Notes: generated from the sequence alone by a model not told the origin. A stretch of DNA of 30,088 bases from an uncultured archaeon (GCA_964347045.1 CAYFXC010000022.1:1-30088), one strand, 5' to 3'; shown: positions 1 through 9,408, numbered from the stretch's first letter. Translations and numbers: made by a program.

Positions 1-54
1 TGGCTTTTGCCTTGGCTTTTGCCTTGGCTTTTGCCTTGGCTTTTGCCTTGGCTT
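1..54. repeat. 12-bp tandem repeat (TGGCTTTTGCCT)n encoding (KA)n on the minus strand
   Basis: About 4.5 copies read directly from the sequence. Confidence 0.9.
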
Positions 55-109
55 TGCTAGCGGATTTGGTTGCCTTGGCGGTTTTTTTCGTGGTTTTGGG
101 CTTTGACAC
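1..109 (-). CDS. 5' end of a gene running off the window; Lys/Ala-rich low-complexity N-terminus (VSKPKTTKKTAKATKSASKAKAKAKAK...)
   Basis: Manual translation from GTG at 109; GGTGA SD-like motif just upstream; frame open to window edge. Confidence 0.6.
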   Translation of the reverse strand, partial: MSKPKTTKKTAKATKSASKAKAKAKAKAKAKAKAKA

Positions 110-198
110 GATGGTTCACCTTGCCAATTTATACAGAATAACAGGCTTGTCCAAGCTTTTATAATAATTCTGTTGGAAAGCCTAGCCTGTTTACATGC

Positions 199-1377
199 GT
201 GGTGGATGCATCGTTGAAGGTTCTAATGGTGGTTGAGTCACATGCTAAGCAAGCAGGCGGTGGACCAATGTATTGGTCGCAACTTAGCAAGCATCTGATT
301 CAACGGGGGCATGAAGTAATTATTCTGAGTGGCACCCCTGCGGATGGGGAATTCGCATCACCGAATACAGTTGGTCTTCTTCCGGTGCGATCGAATCTTA
401 GGAGCCGTTCAGTGTCGATGTTGTTGAGTCGATACTTGTTCAAAAGACGTTATATTTCGTTGGTTCGAGAGTTTTCACGTGAATGGGATCCTGATATCAT
501 TCATACGGTTCCACCCATCGCATCAGAGGCCGCGTTACGTTCCGGTAAAGATCTTGGTGTGCCAGTTATTGCATCCGTTTTGTCACATGTAGAAGCCCAA
601 TGGGCGCGATTGGAATCGGGGCTAGGTCGTGCACGTTTGTTCCGGTTCATGGAATCGCGGGCACTTCATGGACCATTTTCTCGGATTATTTGTTTGACTC
701 ATCGATCCGAGGAGGTCCTGGTCGAGGAAGGTGTCCCGTTAGAACGCATTGTGTATGTCCCGCATGCCGTTGATGTTACTCGATTTCACGCGAACGTGGA
801 TTCCATGTTTCGTCAACAACTGAATCTGGAGAATGACTCGATGGTGCTAGGATATGCAGGCGCGCTTACACGGGAAAAGGGCTTTGCACAATTACTCGAA
901 GCCATGAAGTGCTTGAAGTCAGTGGATAGCTTGTACTTGTTAGTTGCTGGCGATTTTTCAGAGCATCGTGAGTGGATCGATTTTGTAGAGGAGGAGGGAC
1001 TTGCAGGGATTCACTTTCTTGGGCAGATAAAACATGAGGATATGCCTGCGTTCATGGCATCCTTAGATTTGTTTGTAATTCCTTCATTTTCAGAAACTTT
1101 ACCCACAACATTGCTTGAGGCATTAGCCACTGGCACACCTGTGATGGCGACAAGAGTGGGTGGTATTACAGAATTTCTACAAACGGATTGGGGAATAACC
1201 ATAGAGTCTCCGGAAACAGCCTCTCTTGTTACCACCTTGGAACACTGGCGGGTGCGTCGTGCGGAACTTCAACAAATGGGAAAGAATGGGCAGCGCTATG
1301 TGAAAAAGCATCATAACTGGGAGCAAACTAGCGAACTTACAGAAGGAGTGTATCAATCGTGTCTGAAGAATCGGTAG
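199..1377 (+). CDS. GT4 (GT-B fold) glycosyltransferase
   Basis: N-terminal GGG motif, EKG, and the C-terminal ETLPTTLLEALATGTPV (EX7E) signature. Confidence 0.92.
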   Translation: MVDASLKVLMVVESHAKQAGGGPMYWSQLSKHLIQRGHEVIILSGTPADGEFASPNTVGLLPVRSNLRSRSVSMLLSRYLFKRRYISLVREFSREWDPDIIHTVPPIASEAALRSGKDLGVPVIASVLSHVEAQWARLESGLGRARLFRFMESRALHGPFSRIICLTHRSEEVLVEEGVPLERIVYVPHAVDVTRFHANVDSMFRQQLNLENDSMVLGYAGALTREKGFAQLLEAMKCLKSVDSLYLLVAGDFSEHREWIDFVEEEGLAGIHFLGQIKHEDMPAFMASLDLFVIPSFSETLPTTLLEALATGTPVMATRVGGITEFLQTDWGITIESPETASLVTTLEHWRVRRAELQQMGKNGQRYVKKHHNWEQTSELTEGVYQSCLKNR

Positions 1378-2993
1378 ATTCAGCCCTGCGCAGTCCAGAG
1401 GCACGATTTGCTGAAAACGTTGTTGCGGAAACCGTCACGATCGTCTTGATTCTTCTGTTTGGAATTGCGTCCACAATTCTAATTGTGCGAGGATTACCTA
1501 GAACGCCAATCTATGAATTTTACATCTTTGTTCTGGTGTTTACATGGGTAAATATCCTCATTCCCATCGGAATAATGGGCATGGATGTTGCCCTAAGAAA
1601 ACATGTTCCCGAAGCCATCAGTAATCGATTTTCGGCTTTGACACGTGGACTTGGATTAGCGATTGCGACGACCATCATTGCGAGTTTCGGAATTGTGGGT
1701 GTTGTAAATTTATTGTTGGCTTGGTTTCCGTCAAACTCTTTTGTTCCCAGTTATGTGGTGCCATTTCTCCAACTTGCCCTTTGGACGATTCCACTAACTG
1801 TTGTCAGCACTGTATTACAAGGAGCCTTCCGGGGGATGCAAGAAATGCGGTATTGCACCATAGCCATGGGACTCTATCACGGAGCCTATTTTAGTGGTCT
1901 GACAATCCTCTTTGTCTCAGGAACCATGACATTGGTGAATGTAATTTTAGTGAATTTGGCAACGTCAGGCTTAACGATTGCTTATGAAACCTGGATTTTA
2001 CGGAAGCGGATTGGGCAGTATTCGGGTGAACAAGTGAAAGAAGACTTCACAGTAACTGGTCGCTCGATGGCTTTTACGGCTGTGCAGGCTTTGTTTCTAG
2101 CGCTCTTGAGTGCCGTGTTTCTGTATGTGCCTTTATTAATAGCGAATATGTATCGATCCTCAGATGTAATTTTGGCAGGATTAGGGCTAGCGTTGAGTGT
2201 TGCAGTATGGATTCAGCAAGGATTAGCTGCACCGTTTCGCGTGTTGATGCCACGCACGGCTGGTGATGTTGCGCAACAGGCATGGTCCACGATTAAGGGA
2301 TATATGAATCAGGCGTGGAAGTTGGGTGTGCTGTTATGTGCCTTTGTGGCAGTGGTCGCGGTGTTTTATGCGGCACCAGTATTTATTGTGATGTTTGCCG
2401 CAGAAGGTATGATCGCATTACCTTTCTTTGTGTTAATGGCGGGGAGCTTTCTTGTCTATCCGCTAGTGGTGATGATGTCAGATACTTTAATTGGAGTGGG
2501 AAGGATTCGGTCAGTGCTGGTAACCAATGCCGCATGGACCACGATGGTTGTTGTTGTTTTGTGGTTCTTAACTCCGATTGGTCATGAGGTAGTTGTCGCT
2601 TTAATCTGGTTAGTGGGAATTCCCTTTTTTCTAATCTATCTTGGATTGTATCAGACCCGTTCGAAAGCCCACCTTACGTTCAGTTTCCTTCCTAAAACTG
2701 TCGGCGTGTTAGGCCTCATTGCAGTGTTGGCTTTTGGGGGATTATGGGTGGGATCATATTTTCATATGGTCTGGAGCTTAGTCGGGTTGAGTTCTTGGTT
2801 ATTCCAATTGGCTCTTATTCTAACTCTACTCCCTTTGGCAATATTTTACCTATGGGTTCTGATTCGAAGCCGAGTATTCGATCCCGACGATAGCTTGGCA
2901 TTATTACGCTTGAGTGAAGTGTTACATCCAGTATCACGACCAGTGTCTTGGCTGGTTAAAAAATTGGATTCACAAGACGCCGATCGGCAATGA
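1359..2993 (+). CDS. MOP-superfamily oligosaccharide flippase / polysaccharide biosynthesis membrane protein
   Basis: ~14 hydrophobic segments, Wzx-like LQGAFRGMQEMRY motif, flanked by GT4 genes. Confidence 0.8.
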   Translation: MSEESVDSALRSPEARFAENVVAETVTIVLILLFGIASTILIVRGLPRTPIYEFYIFVLVFTWVNILIPIGIMGMDVALRKHVPEAISNRFSALTRGLGLAIATTIIASFGIVGVVNLLLAWFPSNSFVPSYVVPFLQLALWTIPLTVVSTVLQGAFRGMQEMRYCTIAMGLYHGAYFSGLTILFVSGTMTLVNVILVNLATSGLTIAYETWILRKRIGQYSGEQVKEDFTVTGRSMAFTAVQALFLALLSAVFLYVPLLIANMYRSSDVILAGLGLALSVAVWIQQGLAAPFRVLMPRTAGDVAQQAWSTIKGYMNQAWKLGVLLCAFVAVVAVFYAAPVFIVMFAAEGMIALPFFVLMAGSFLVYPLVVMMSDTLIGVGRIRSVLVTNAAWTTMVVVVLWFLTPIGHEVVVALIWLVGIPFFLIYLGLYQTRSKAHLTFSFLPKTVGVLGLIAVLAFGGLWVGSYFHMVWSLVGLSSWLFQLALILTLLPLAIFYLWVLIRSRVFDPDDSLALLRLSEVLHPVSRPVSWLVKKLDSQDADRQ

Positions 2994-3010
2994 ATTGTCA
3001 AGGTGACCAG

Positions 3011-4195
3011 CTAGGAAAGAATCTGATAGTAGACATTTTCGAGTTTTTGTGTAGTTGGTCCACGAGTAAAGTTGTTGACTACGTGTTTTCGTCCGGCATG
3101 GCCAAAGCGTTTGCACAGTGCAGGATCTGCAATTAAACGAAGTAGTGCCTGTTTGAGGGCTTCTTCGTTCATGGGGGGCACTAAAAGGCCAGTTTTTTCG
3201 TTTTGGACGACATAGGGTATTCCACCAACGGTTGTGGCGACTACAGGTTTTTCTTGGGCCATGGCTTCCAGTTGAGCGATACCGAAGGCTTCGGATCGCG
3301 ATTGGGATGGTAATACGAAGATGTCGCTAGCTGTGTATGCATCGCGTAGACGTTGACGGGGTAAGACGCCGAGAAAGTGGACGGCGTTCAAGATTTCGAG
3401 ACTTGTGCTCATTTTGCGTAGGCTTGGTTCTAAGGGTCCGGAGCCGACGATGGCTAAGTGCACGGCTGGATTCTGTCTGTGAATCTGATGGAAAGCGCGG
3501 AGTAGGGTTTGTAGTCCTTTGTAGGGCACTAATCGTCCTACAAAGAGTAGAAGAGGATTGTTGGAACTGAACCCAAAGCTTTCCTTTGCTTGGGCGGCGG
3601 AGCGTTGGGATTTTAGAAAGTATGGATTGATGGTAGCAGGGATGACGGTGGTTTTGCTCAGATAGTCTTGTAAGAAGAGGGAAGTGTTTCGGTATATAGG
3701 AGAGGTGACAATGAGTTGTTTAGCAATATTGGCAGCTCTTTGACGGGCGTGTCTATAGGCTTGGTCCAGCCAAACATGGAAGAAGGGAGTTTTTCCTGCA
3801 ATATCACTGATGAGGGCATCAGCATGGTAGGTAATGACTAGGGGGATTTGGGTTAGTTGACTGGCTATGGCGGTGATGTCAACGGTCATGGGGGAGTTGA
3901 TATGGGCATGGAAGATGTCACAGTGCTCACGAGAAAGTGCTTGTAAGAGTCCAGGGAGAAAGGGAAAATTGAAAGGCCGAGCGACAGCACGAAATCGATG
4001 AATATGAATGCCTTGATAGTTCTCATAGGTGGGGGTTTGAGGAAGATGTGCGGTGAAGACTTTGACTTCATGGCCAGCTTCCACAAGGCCTTTGGCAAGA
4101 TTATAAGCGTAGGTTTCTAAGCCACCGATAACAGGGTAAAAGTCATGGACGACCTGCGTGATGTGTAACCGCCGGGGCATTTCCTTTTCACCCAC
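3011..4195 (-). CDS. GT4 glycosyltransferase
   Basis: FYPVIGGLE, FVGRLVPYKG, EAFGIAQLEAMA motifs. Confidence 0.93.
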   Translation of the reverse strand: MGEKEMPRRLHITQVVHDFYPVIGGLETYAYNLAKGLVEAGHEVKVFTAHLPQTPTYENYQGIHIHRFRAVARPFNFPFLPGLLQALSREHCDIFHAHINSPMTVDITAIASQLTQIPLVITYHADALISDIAGKTPFFHVWLDQAYRHARQRAANIAKQLIVTSPIYRNTSLFLQDYLSKTTVIPATINPYFLKSQRSAAQAKESFGFSSNNPLLLFVGRLVPYKGLQTLLRAFHQIHRQNPAVHLAIVGSGPLEPSLRKMSTSLEILNAVHFLGVLPRQRLRDAYTASDIFVLPSQSRSEAFGIAQLEAMAQEKPVVATTVGGIPYVVQNEKTGLLVPPMNEEALKQALLRLIADPALCKRFGHAGRKHVVNNFTRGPTTQKLENVYYQILS

Positions 4196-4201
4196 TATGA
4201 A

Positions 4202-4705
4202 TTATGGTCCTGTGACATTCATTGGGAGATGGACCCATAATCCTCTGCCTAGTGGATTGCGAATCCAAATGATTTGATCTAAGTTTGGATCGTATCGCCA
4301 TAGTTCAAAGGTCAGTCGATAATTAATGCCAGGAGTTGTCATATTGAGGGTAGCAGGGAAGCGCCATGTTCCGCCATGTGGTACGAGGCGCTCGAATTGT
4401 TGGAGCACGGGGGCCGAGGAGGGATTTGTGGCGGTCGTCATGGTGGTTTCATCGGCGAGTTTCATACGGACATACAGATACTGAACAACGCCCATGAAGT
4501 TGGAAACTTCGATGTTGAGGGTAACGTTTGTGTTCACAGTTACATTGGTGGGGTATGGTCCTGCTTGCATTGATTCGTTAAGTAGCGCAATTGAAGGGGT
4601 CTGTTCTGGAGGTGGAAGAAACCAGACGGAGATAAGAAGGGTTCCCGTGGCTAAGACAATACCGAACATGAGGATAGTAAGGATGGTTTGTGTGTATTTT
4701 CTCAT
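4202..4705 (-). CDS. DUF1616 C-terminal-like membrane-anchored beta domain protein
   Basis: One N-terminal TM helix followed by ALLNESMQAGPYPTNV...RLTFELWRY, resembling the DUF1616 extracellular part. Confidence 0.6.
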   Translation of the reverse strand: MRKYTQTILTILMFGIVLATGTLLISVWFLPPPEQTPSIALLNESMQAGPYPTNVTVNTNVTLNIEVSNFMGVVQYLYVRMKLADETTMTTATNPSSAPVLQQFERLVPHGGTWRFPATLNMTTPGINYRLTFELWRYDPNLDQIIWIRNPLGRGLWVHLPMNVTGP

Positions 4706-5253
4706 GAGGTTTCATCCTCCTCTTCATCAGGGAGCCGAATCTCCATTTGCAAGAATTCTCGACGCTTCCTTTTCCGATATTGCTGCCATCGGGTGATCGC
4801 CAAGTAACTCATTGGAATAGATATCAATATGATGGCGAAGATTAGTAAAATCTGAGCCTGCGTCTGAGCAATTGTTGTGAGGCCGCGAAGCTGCGCTTCG
4901 TCGCTAATTTCATGAGCCGTGCTTTCCGCTGCTTCAGCCAGGGTAATCGCGGTTGTATAATCAGTTCGATTGTATGCTAGTCGGGCTTGCGTTAGTTCTG
5001 AAATGACTCCATTGAGTGATCCAATCAGGTCTGTAATTGGAGACCCGGCTGCGTCGGCAAACGCTAAATTTGTATAGGCTTCGTTGATGGCAGTTTGTGC
5101 ATCGTTAATAGCTTGCTGCGCTTGATCTTGTGGTGGTTGTATAAATGACACTGCATTAAGTGTACCAACACTTTGTGAGAAAAGTCCAGGTATTCTCAGG
5201 CTCACTATGAGTAGAGGAAAAATCAATAGCGGGACGAAGTGTTGGCGTTGCAT
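4702..5253 (-). CDS. Hypothetical exported helical protein with C-terminal TM anchor
   Basis: N-terminal hydrophobic signal, Ala/Gln-rich helices, TM helix then basic tail; 4-nt overlap with next gene. Confidence 0.75.
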   Translation of the reverse strand: MQRQHFVPLLIFPLLIVSLRIPGLFSQSVGTLNAVSFIQPPQDQAQQAINDAQTAINEAYTNLAFADAAGSPITDLIGSLNGVISELTQARLAYNRTDYTTAITLAEAAESTAHEISDEAQLRGLTTIAQTQAQILLIFAIILISIPMSYLAITRWQQYRKRKRREFLQMEIRLPDEEEDETS

Positions 5254-5325
5254 AGGCGTCCGAACAATAGGGGACTCAAAGGTTAAAAGAATCTTTGCTT
5301 AATGGTCGAACAGGACTGACATCTT

Positions 5326-5973
5326 ATGTTGCTTCGTGAAAAGGACACCTATATTCCAGAAACCGTCAGGGGATTTATTCTTGAAGCGCTTCGGAGTCGT
5401 CGCTTCTCAAAGGTGCAAGAAGTAGTTAATGAATTGAAGAGGAAGGGTGTCCCAGAAGACGTGACAACGCGGATGATAAAAGATCTCGCCCAAGAAGGGC
5501 AGTTGCTACTCAATCTTCCGGGAGCCTCTGAAGAGACAGTAATGACTCCAGTGTCGGGTATCGTGGAATATTTGTGGAGTACACTGGCCTTGGATTTGTG
5601 GCTAACTTTGGTGTTGCTGTTCTTTGGTGTAGCGACGATTTTGCTGATTCCGGTGGAGATGTTTCCAGTCGTTGTGCTACGCTGGGTTTTTGGTGGACTC
5701 CTGTTAGTATTTGTACCAGGTTTTGCGTTTATACGGGCGCTTTTTCCCTTTGAACGCTTTATTGATAGATGGGAACGACTCGCCCTTTCATGTGGTCTAA
5801 GTATTGCACTCGCTGTATTAGTCGCCTTTGGGTTGAATTTTACACCATGGGGGATTACCTTGGTTCCTACAGCGACCGTACTCGCAGGGATTACCTTGTT
5901 AGGTATCCTAATTGCAACCTTCCGACGGGCACGAGTACTTATTGGTCCTATACCTGAAGCTAGGTCAAGATGA
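5326..5973 (+). CDS. DUF1616 N-terminal TM domain protein with a small N-terminal helical (wHTH-like) domain
   Basis: FVPGFAFIRALFP...ERLALSCGLSIA...LNFTPWGI DUF1616 motifs. Confidence 0.75.
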   Translation: MLLREKDTYIPETVRGFILEALRSRRFSKVQEVVNELKRKGVPEDVTTRMIKDLAQEGQLLLNLPGASEETVMTPVSGIVEYLWSTLALDLWLTLVLLFFGVATILLIPVEMFPVVVLRWVFGGLLLVFVPGFAFIRALFPFERFIDRWERLALSCGLSIALAVLVAFGLNFTPWGITLVPTATVLAGITLLGILIATFRRARVLIGPIPEARSR

Positions 5974-7035
5974 TTTGAGATCTTTTACAAAACAGTGGGG
6001 AGGTTTCTTGTCTTTTTCAAGGTGGTATTCGGGGCAGATGAGTGCGCCAGATGGAATGATGGCACCAGCATCGAGGATGGCCCCATCCCCCACGATTGTA
6101 TATTCTTCTAATCGAAGATCCTTACCGATGATCGCACCATGACCAATGATTGATTGATCGACAATGACACCTTCGCCGATAATGGCATCCTCAAAGATGA
6201 TAGCCCGAGAAATGCGTGAATTCGGTCCGATTATGACCCGGTTTCCAATGGTTACAGCCGGCTCAATTTTTGCTGATGGGGCAATTTTGGTGTCTTCTCC
6301 GATGTGTGGGGTTTTGTGCAATTCGGATCGGAGGGCATGGTGAGCTTCAAGAAACGATTCGGGAGTTCCGGTATCGATCCAAAAACCATGATGTTCCCAT
6401 CCACAAACGGTAGCGGATTGACAAAGATTTGGGAATACATCGTATTCAATAGAAGCCGGTTGATTCGCCGGGATGTGTTCCAATACAGCGTGATTGAGCA
6501 CATAGCAGCCTGCATTAATTAGATTACTCGGTGCTTGACCTGGGCTAGGTTTTTCGATAAAATGATGAATGTGCCCATCTGAGGTAATATCAACAACGCC
6601 AAACCGGCTTGGATCTTCAACGCGGTACAATGCAATAGTGGCAGTAGCTTTATGTTGGTGGTGATATTGAAGCAGATGGCTGTAGGGGATATCTGAGACA
6701 ATGTCACCATTTAGAACAAAAAATGGGGTTTCTTTCTCAAGATATGGTTCAGCCTGTTTGATAGCGCCTGCTGTCCCTAGGGGATGGGATTCAACAGAAA
6801 AATGTAACGTGATGCCGTAATTGGCGCCATCACCAAGTACGTTTTGAAGGTAATCATTACCGTGACCGGTGGCGAGGATAATTTCGTCAATTCCCGCGGT
6901 CCCTAACTGTTCGAGGATATAACCGATGAGTGTAGAATTGGCAAGAGGGAGAAGTTGTTTGGGGCGACTACAGGTCAATGGGCGGAGTCGTGTGCCATAT
7001 CCACCAGCAAGTATCAGTGCTTTCATCGGTGACAT
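5965..7035 (-). CDS. NDP-sugar pyrophosphorylase (mannose-1-phosphate guanylyltransferase-like) with left-handed beta-helix C-terminus
   Basis: KALILAGGYGTRLRPLT...PK, LGTAGAIK, NGD, FIEKP, INAGCY, WIDTG; hexapeptide repeats. Confidence 0.9.
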   Translation of the reverse strand: MSPMKALILAGGYGTRLRPLTCSRPKQLLPLANSTLIGYILEQLGTAGIDEIILATGHGNDYLQNVLGDGANYGITLHFSVESHPLGTAGAIKQAEPYLEKETPFFVLNGDIVSDIPYSHLLQYHHQHKATATIALYRVEDPSRFGVVDITSDGHIHHFIEKPSPGQAPSNLINAGCYVLNHAVLEHIPANQPASIEYDVFPNLCQSATVCGWEHHGFWIDTGTPESFLEAHHALRSELHKTPHIGEDTKIAPSAKIEPAVTIGNRVIIGPNSRISRAIIFEDAIIGEGVIVDQSIIGHGAIIGKDLRLEEYTIVGDGAILDAGAIIPSGALICPEYHLEKDKKPPHCFVKDLKSS

Positions 7036-7184
7036 TTCCCAGAGAATGTTCTATTATCAAGCATAAGTATTTATTTGAAAGTTGATTCTTCTTTTCTATG
7101 GTTGGGGCTGCTTGTGGGGCAAGACTTAAGAATAAAGCCCTAGCAAGGCAGTTCCAGATTCCCTTTCAAAAGGGGTAACCAATT

Positions 7185-7514
7185 ATGGCACGAGATAAAA
7201 TCTATGGTTTCCTCATTCTCCTCTTCGCGATTCTAGTTCTACTCTATTACACCTATTGGGCTCTTATCTATCCGTTCATGTTCTTCTCTATTTATCCAAC
7301 CGCTACTGCTCCACCTATCACTCACCCATGGTGGCCATTCCTCGGCTGGATTCCAGTCCTTTTGGAGCCCTATTGGGCAGTTTCAATTCCGGTGTGGCTG
7401 GCGATTGTGCTTGTACTCTTCATTGTGGCTTGGATTGGTTGGACAATGCTCACGACTCCACCCCCGATTCCCCTTGAAGAAATTGAGGAAGAAGAGGAAG
7501 CTAAAGAAGAGTAA
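7185..7514 (+). CDS. Two-TM membrane protein, DPM2 (dolichol-phosphate-mannose synthase subunit 2)-like
   Basis: D-x3-G...YYTxW-x4-PF...(W/Y)AVxIP...ML pattern as recalled for eukaryotic DPM2; acidic tail; not database-verified. Confidence 0.6.
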   Translation: MARDKIYGFLILLFAILVLLYYTYWALIYPFMFFSIYPTATAPPITHPWWPFLGWIPVLLEPYWAVSIPVWLAIVLVLFIVAWIGWTMLTTPPPIPLEEIEEEEEAKEE

Positions 7515-7537
7515 ACGGCAAACCGTCGAACATCGGC

Positions 7538-7578
7538 TGTCTCCCCATCCGGGAGACAACCCTTTCTTCTTTTTCTCT
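7538..7578 (+). terminator. Hairpin plus pyrimidine/T tract after the DPM2-like gene
   Basis: TGTCTCCC-CATCC-GGGAGACA 8-bp stem followed by CTTTCTTCTTTTTC. Confidence 0.55.
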
Positions 7579-7609
7579 AATTATAAAAAAGACAATGTAA
7601 TAGTTGGTT

Positions 7610-7843
7610 CTAGGTTTCGGGAGGTTGATCTCCAGCTAGGACCTCACGCCATAATTCAAGGCTTTCTTCAGCATCTTTTTGATCCATTTTTTGGATGGCA
7701 TAGCCTGTGTGAACAATGACATAGTCGCCGGGTTCCAGTTTTTCTAGGAGTGCTATTGATACAGAGCGTTTTACGCCACCAAAATCAACAATGGCTGTGT
7801 TACCTTCTACGCTAATCACTTGGGCAGGTATTGCGAGACACAT
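7610..7843 (-). CDS. hypC: [NiFe]-hydrogenase maturation chaperone HypC
   Basis: MCLAIPAQV N-terminus; GDYVIVHTGYAI. Confidence 0.95.
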   Translation of the reverse strand: MCLAIPAQVISVEGNTAIVDFGGVKRSVSIALLEKLEPGDYVIVHTGYAIQKMDQKDAEESLELWREVLAGDQPPET

Positions 7844-7915
7844 GATTGTTCACTAAGATATTTTCCTGTGTACTGAGTGGAGGCGGATGCTTCTTAAGCG
7901 TTACCGCGTTGCTAA

Positions 7916-8890
7916 ATGTGTAGTGTGGTCAGGTTGACAACCGGTAAAGCGGAACAGCTGGCAAAAACCTATGGTTACAAAGTCTTTATGGTAGAGCGGT
8001 ATCTGGCACTTTTTGGAGACAAAACTGAAGAATTTCTACAAGGAAATGAGATGGCGTTTCCTAAAACCATTCGCGTGAACACTCTTGCTACTACTGTTCA
8101 AGAAGAAGCTTTGCGCCTACAAGCAAAGGGGTTTGAATTAGACCCTGTGCCGGGGTTCAACTATGCATTTCATGTGCTTCAATCACCGTTAACGGTTGGA
8201 GCTACCGCGGAATATCTGCTGGGCCATTATATGTTACAAAGCCCAGCCTCTATGTGGGCAGTCGAAACTATGAAACCCACCGGCAACCAGTTAGTTGTTG
8301 ATATGTGTGCTGCTCCTGGAGGAAAAACAACGCTAATTGCGCAACTCATGGAAAACCGAGGAGTCGTGGTTGCAACGGATATCAACCGCAACCGTACTCG
8401 GAGCCTCCGATCTAATCTTTCGCGCATGCGAATTGAAAATGCATTAGTGATGCGAATGGACGCAGCACGATTACCTGAATTTGCTATTCAAGCGGATTCA
8501 GTACTTCTGGATGCTCCATGCACAGGAGAAGGATTAATTCCACTGGATCCATCGCGGAAACAAAGTCGTAATCCCGAAGATATCAATACAATGACCCAAG
8601 TTCAACAGAAATTAATTCTCGCGGGCTCAGAGCTACTACGGGAGGAAGGGATACTTGTATATTCTACTTGTTCATTAGCGCCCGAAGAAAATGAAGAAAT
8701 CATCAACTTTGCTTTACAGCATTGTCCGTTAAGAATTGTCGAGACTGAATTACCTCTGGGTGATCCAGGTTTTGTGTCTTTTTTTGATCGAGATGTTAAT
8801 GAATCTTTACGTTTAGCCCGGCGTTTCTACCCCTATAAACATGCGATGGAGGGTTTCTTTATTTGCAAGATGATCAAACAAGCCGTCTAA
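7916..8890 (+). CDS. NOL1/NOP2/Sun family RNA m5C methyltransferase (Nop2-like); start codon uncertain
   Basis: DMCAAPGGKT, LLDAPCTG, YSTCS, EENE, EGFF motifs. Confidence 0.92.
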   Translation: MCSVVRLTTGKAEQLAKTYGYKVFMVERYLALFGDKTEEFLQGNEMAFPKTIRVNTLATTVQEEALRLQAKGFELDPVPGFNYAFHVLQSPLTVGATAEYLLGHYMLQSPASMWAVETMKPTGNQLVVDMCAAPGGKTTLIAQLMENRGVVVATDINRNRTRSLRSNLSRMRIENALVMRMDAARLPEFAIQADSVLLDAPCTGEGLIPLDPSRKQSRNPEDINTMTQVQQKLILAGSELLREEGILVYSTCSLAPEENEEIINFALQHCPLRIVETELPLGDPGFVSFFDRDVNESLRLARRFYPYKHAMEGFFICKMIKQAV

Positions 8891-9408
8891 TCTTTGCTAC
8901 ACCGAGTGCAGAAGAAGAACAGCAAATCCGAGAAGGTTTAGCATCCTATATCCCAGAAGAGGCTGTAAACCTATTTCTTGCTGGACAACACCTAATAATT
9001 GGAAAGGGACGTCGTCATGAAGTATTCTTACTCTCTGAAGCCTTATGGAAGCTCTATCAACAAATACAGCCCCAACACCCTTATTTCATTGGTCTCTTTC
9101 TCGGGGAACTCAAAGAATCTGCATTACAACCTAGCCTCCACATTTTACACCGGCTTGCCGATGTGGTGAAACCTTCAGCCAAAGTAGTTGCGGTTTCTAA
9201 AGGAGAACAACGATTCCTGTTTGGGCATTCATTGGAATCTCAGGAGTTTCAAGTAAATATTCCTGATTCAGGGGGAACAAAGAAGGTTCTTGTCATGAAT
9301 AGCCAAGGCGAGGGGCTTGGCTATGGTCAAGTAGTCAAGACTTCAGCAGGCAAAGTGAGTCTTAACAACAGGGTAGATCTGGGTTGGTATCTCAGACGCG
9401 GTCGATAA
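8863..9408 (+). CDS. Nip7-like ribosome biogenesis protein (C-terminal PUA-like domain)
   Basis: GLFLGEL, GEQRFLFG, LGYG and C-terminal DLGWYLRRG, matching the Nip7 DxGxYLR end; overlaps the Nop2-like gene. Confidence 0.75.
   Translation: MQDDQTSRLIFATPSAEEEQQIREGLASYIPEEAVNLFLAGQHLIIGKGRRHEVFLLSEALWKLYQQIQPQHPYFIGLFLGELKESALQPSLHILHRLADVVKPSAKVVAVSKGEQRFLFGHSLESQEFQVNIPDSGGTKKVLVMNSQGEGLGYGQVVKTSAGKVSLNNRVDLGWYLRRGR

Noticed and set aside
1-54. CRISPR array
   Set aside because: 12-bp contiguous repeats without spacers; coding low-complexity sequence
7150-7176. Second ORB (GTTCCAG...GGGGT)
   Set aside because: Lacks the GAAA core and has wrong spacing; better explained as a leader hairpin plus SD of the DPM2-like gene
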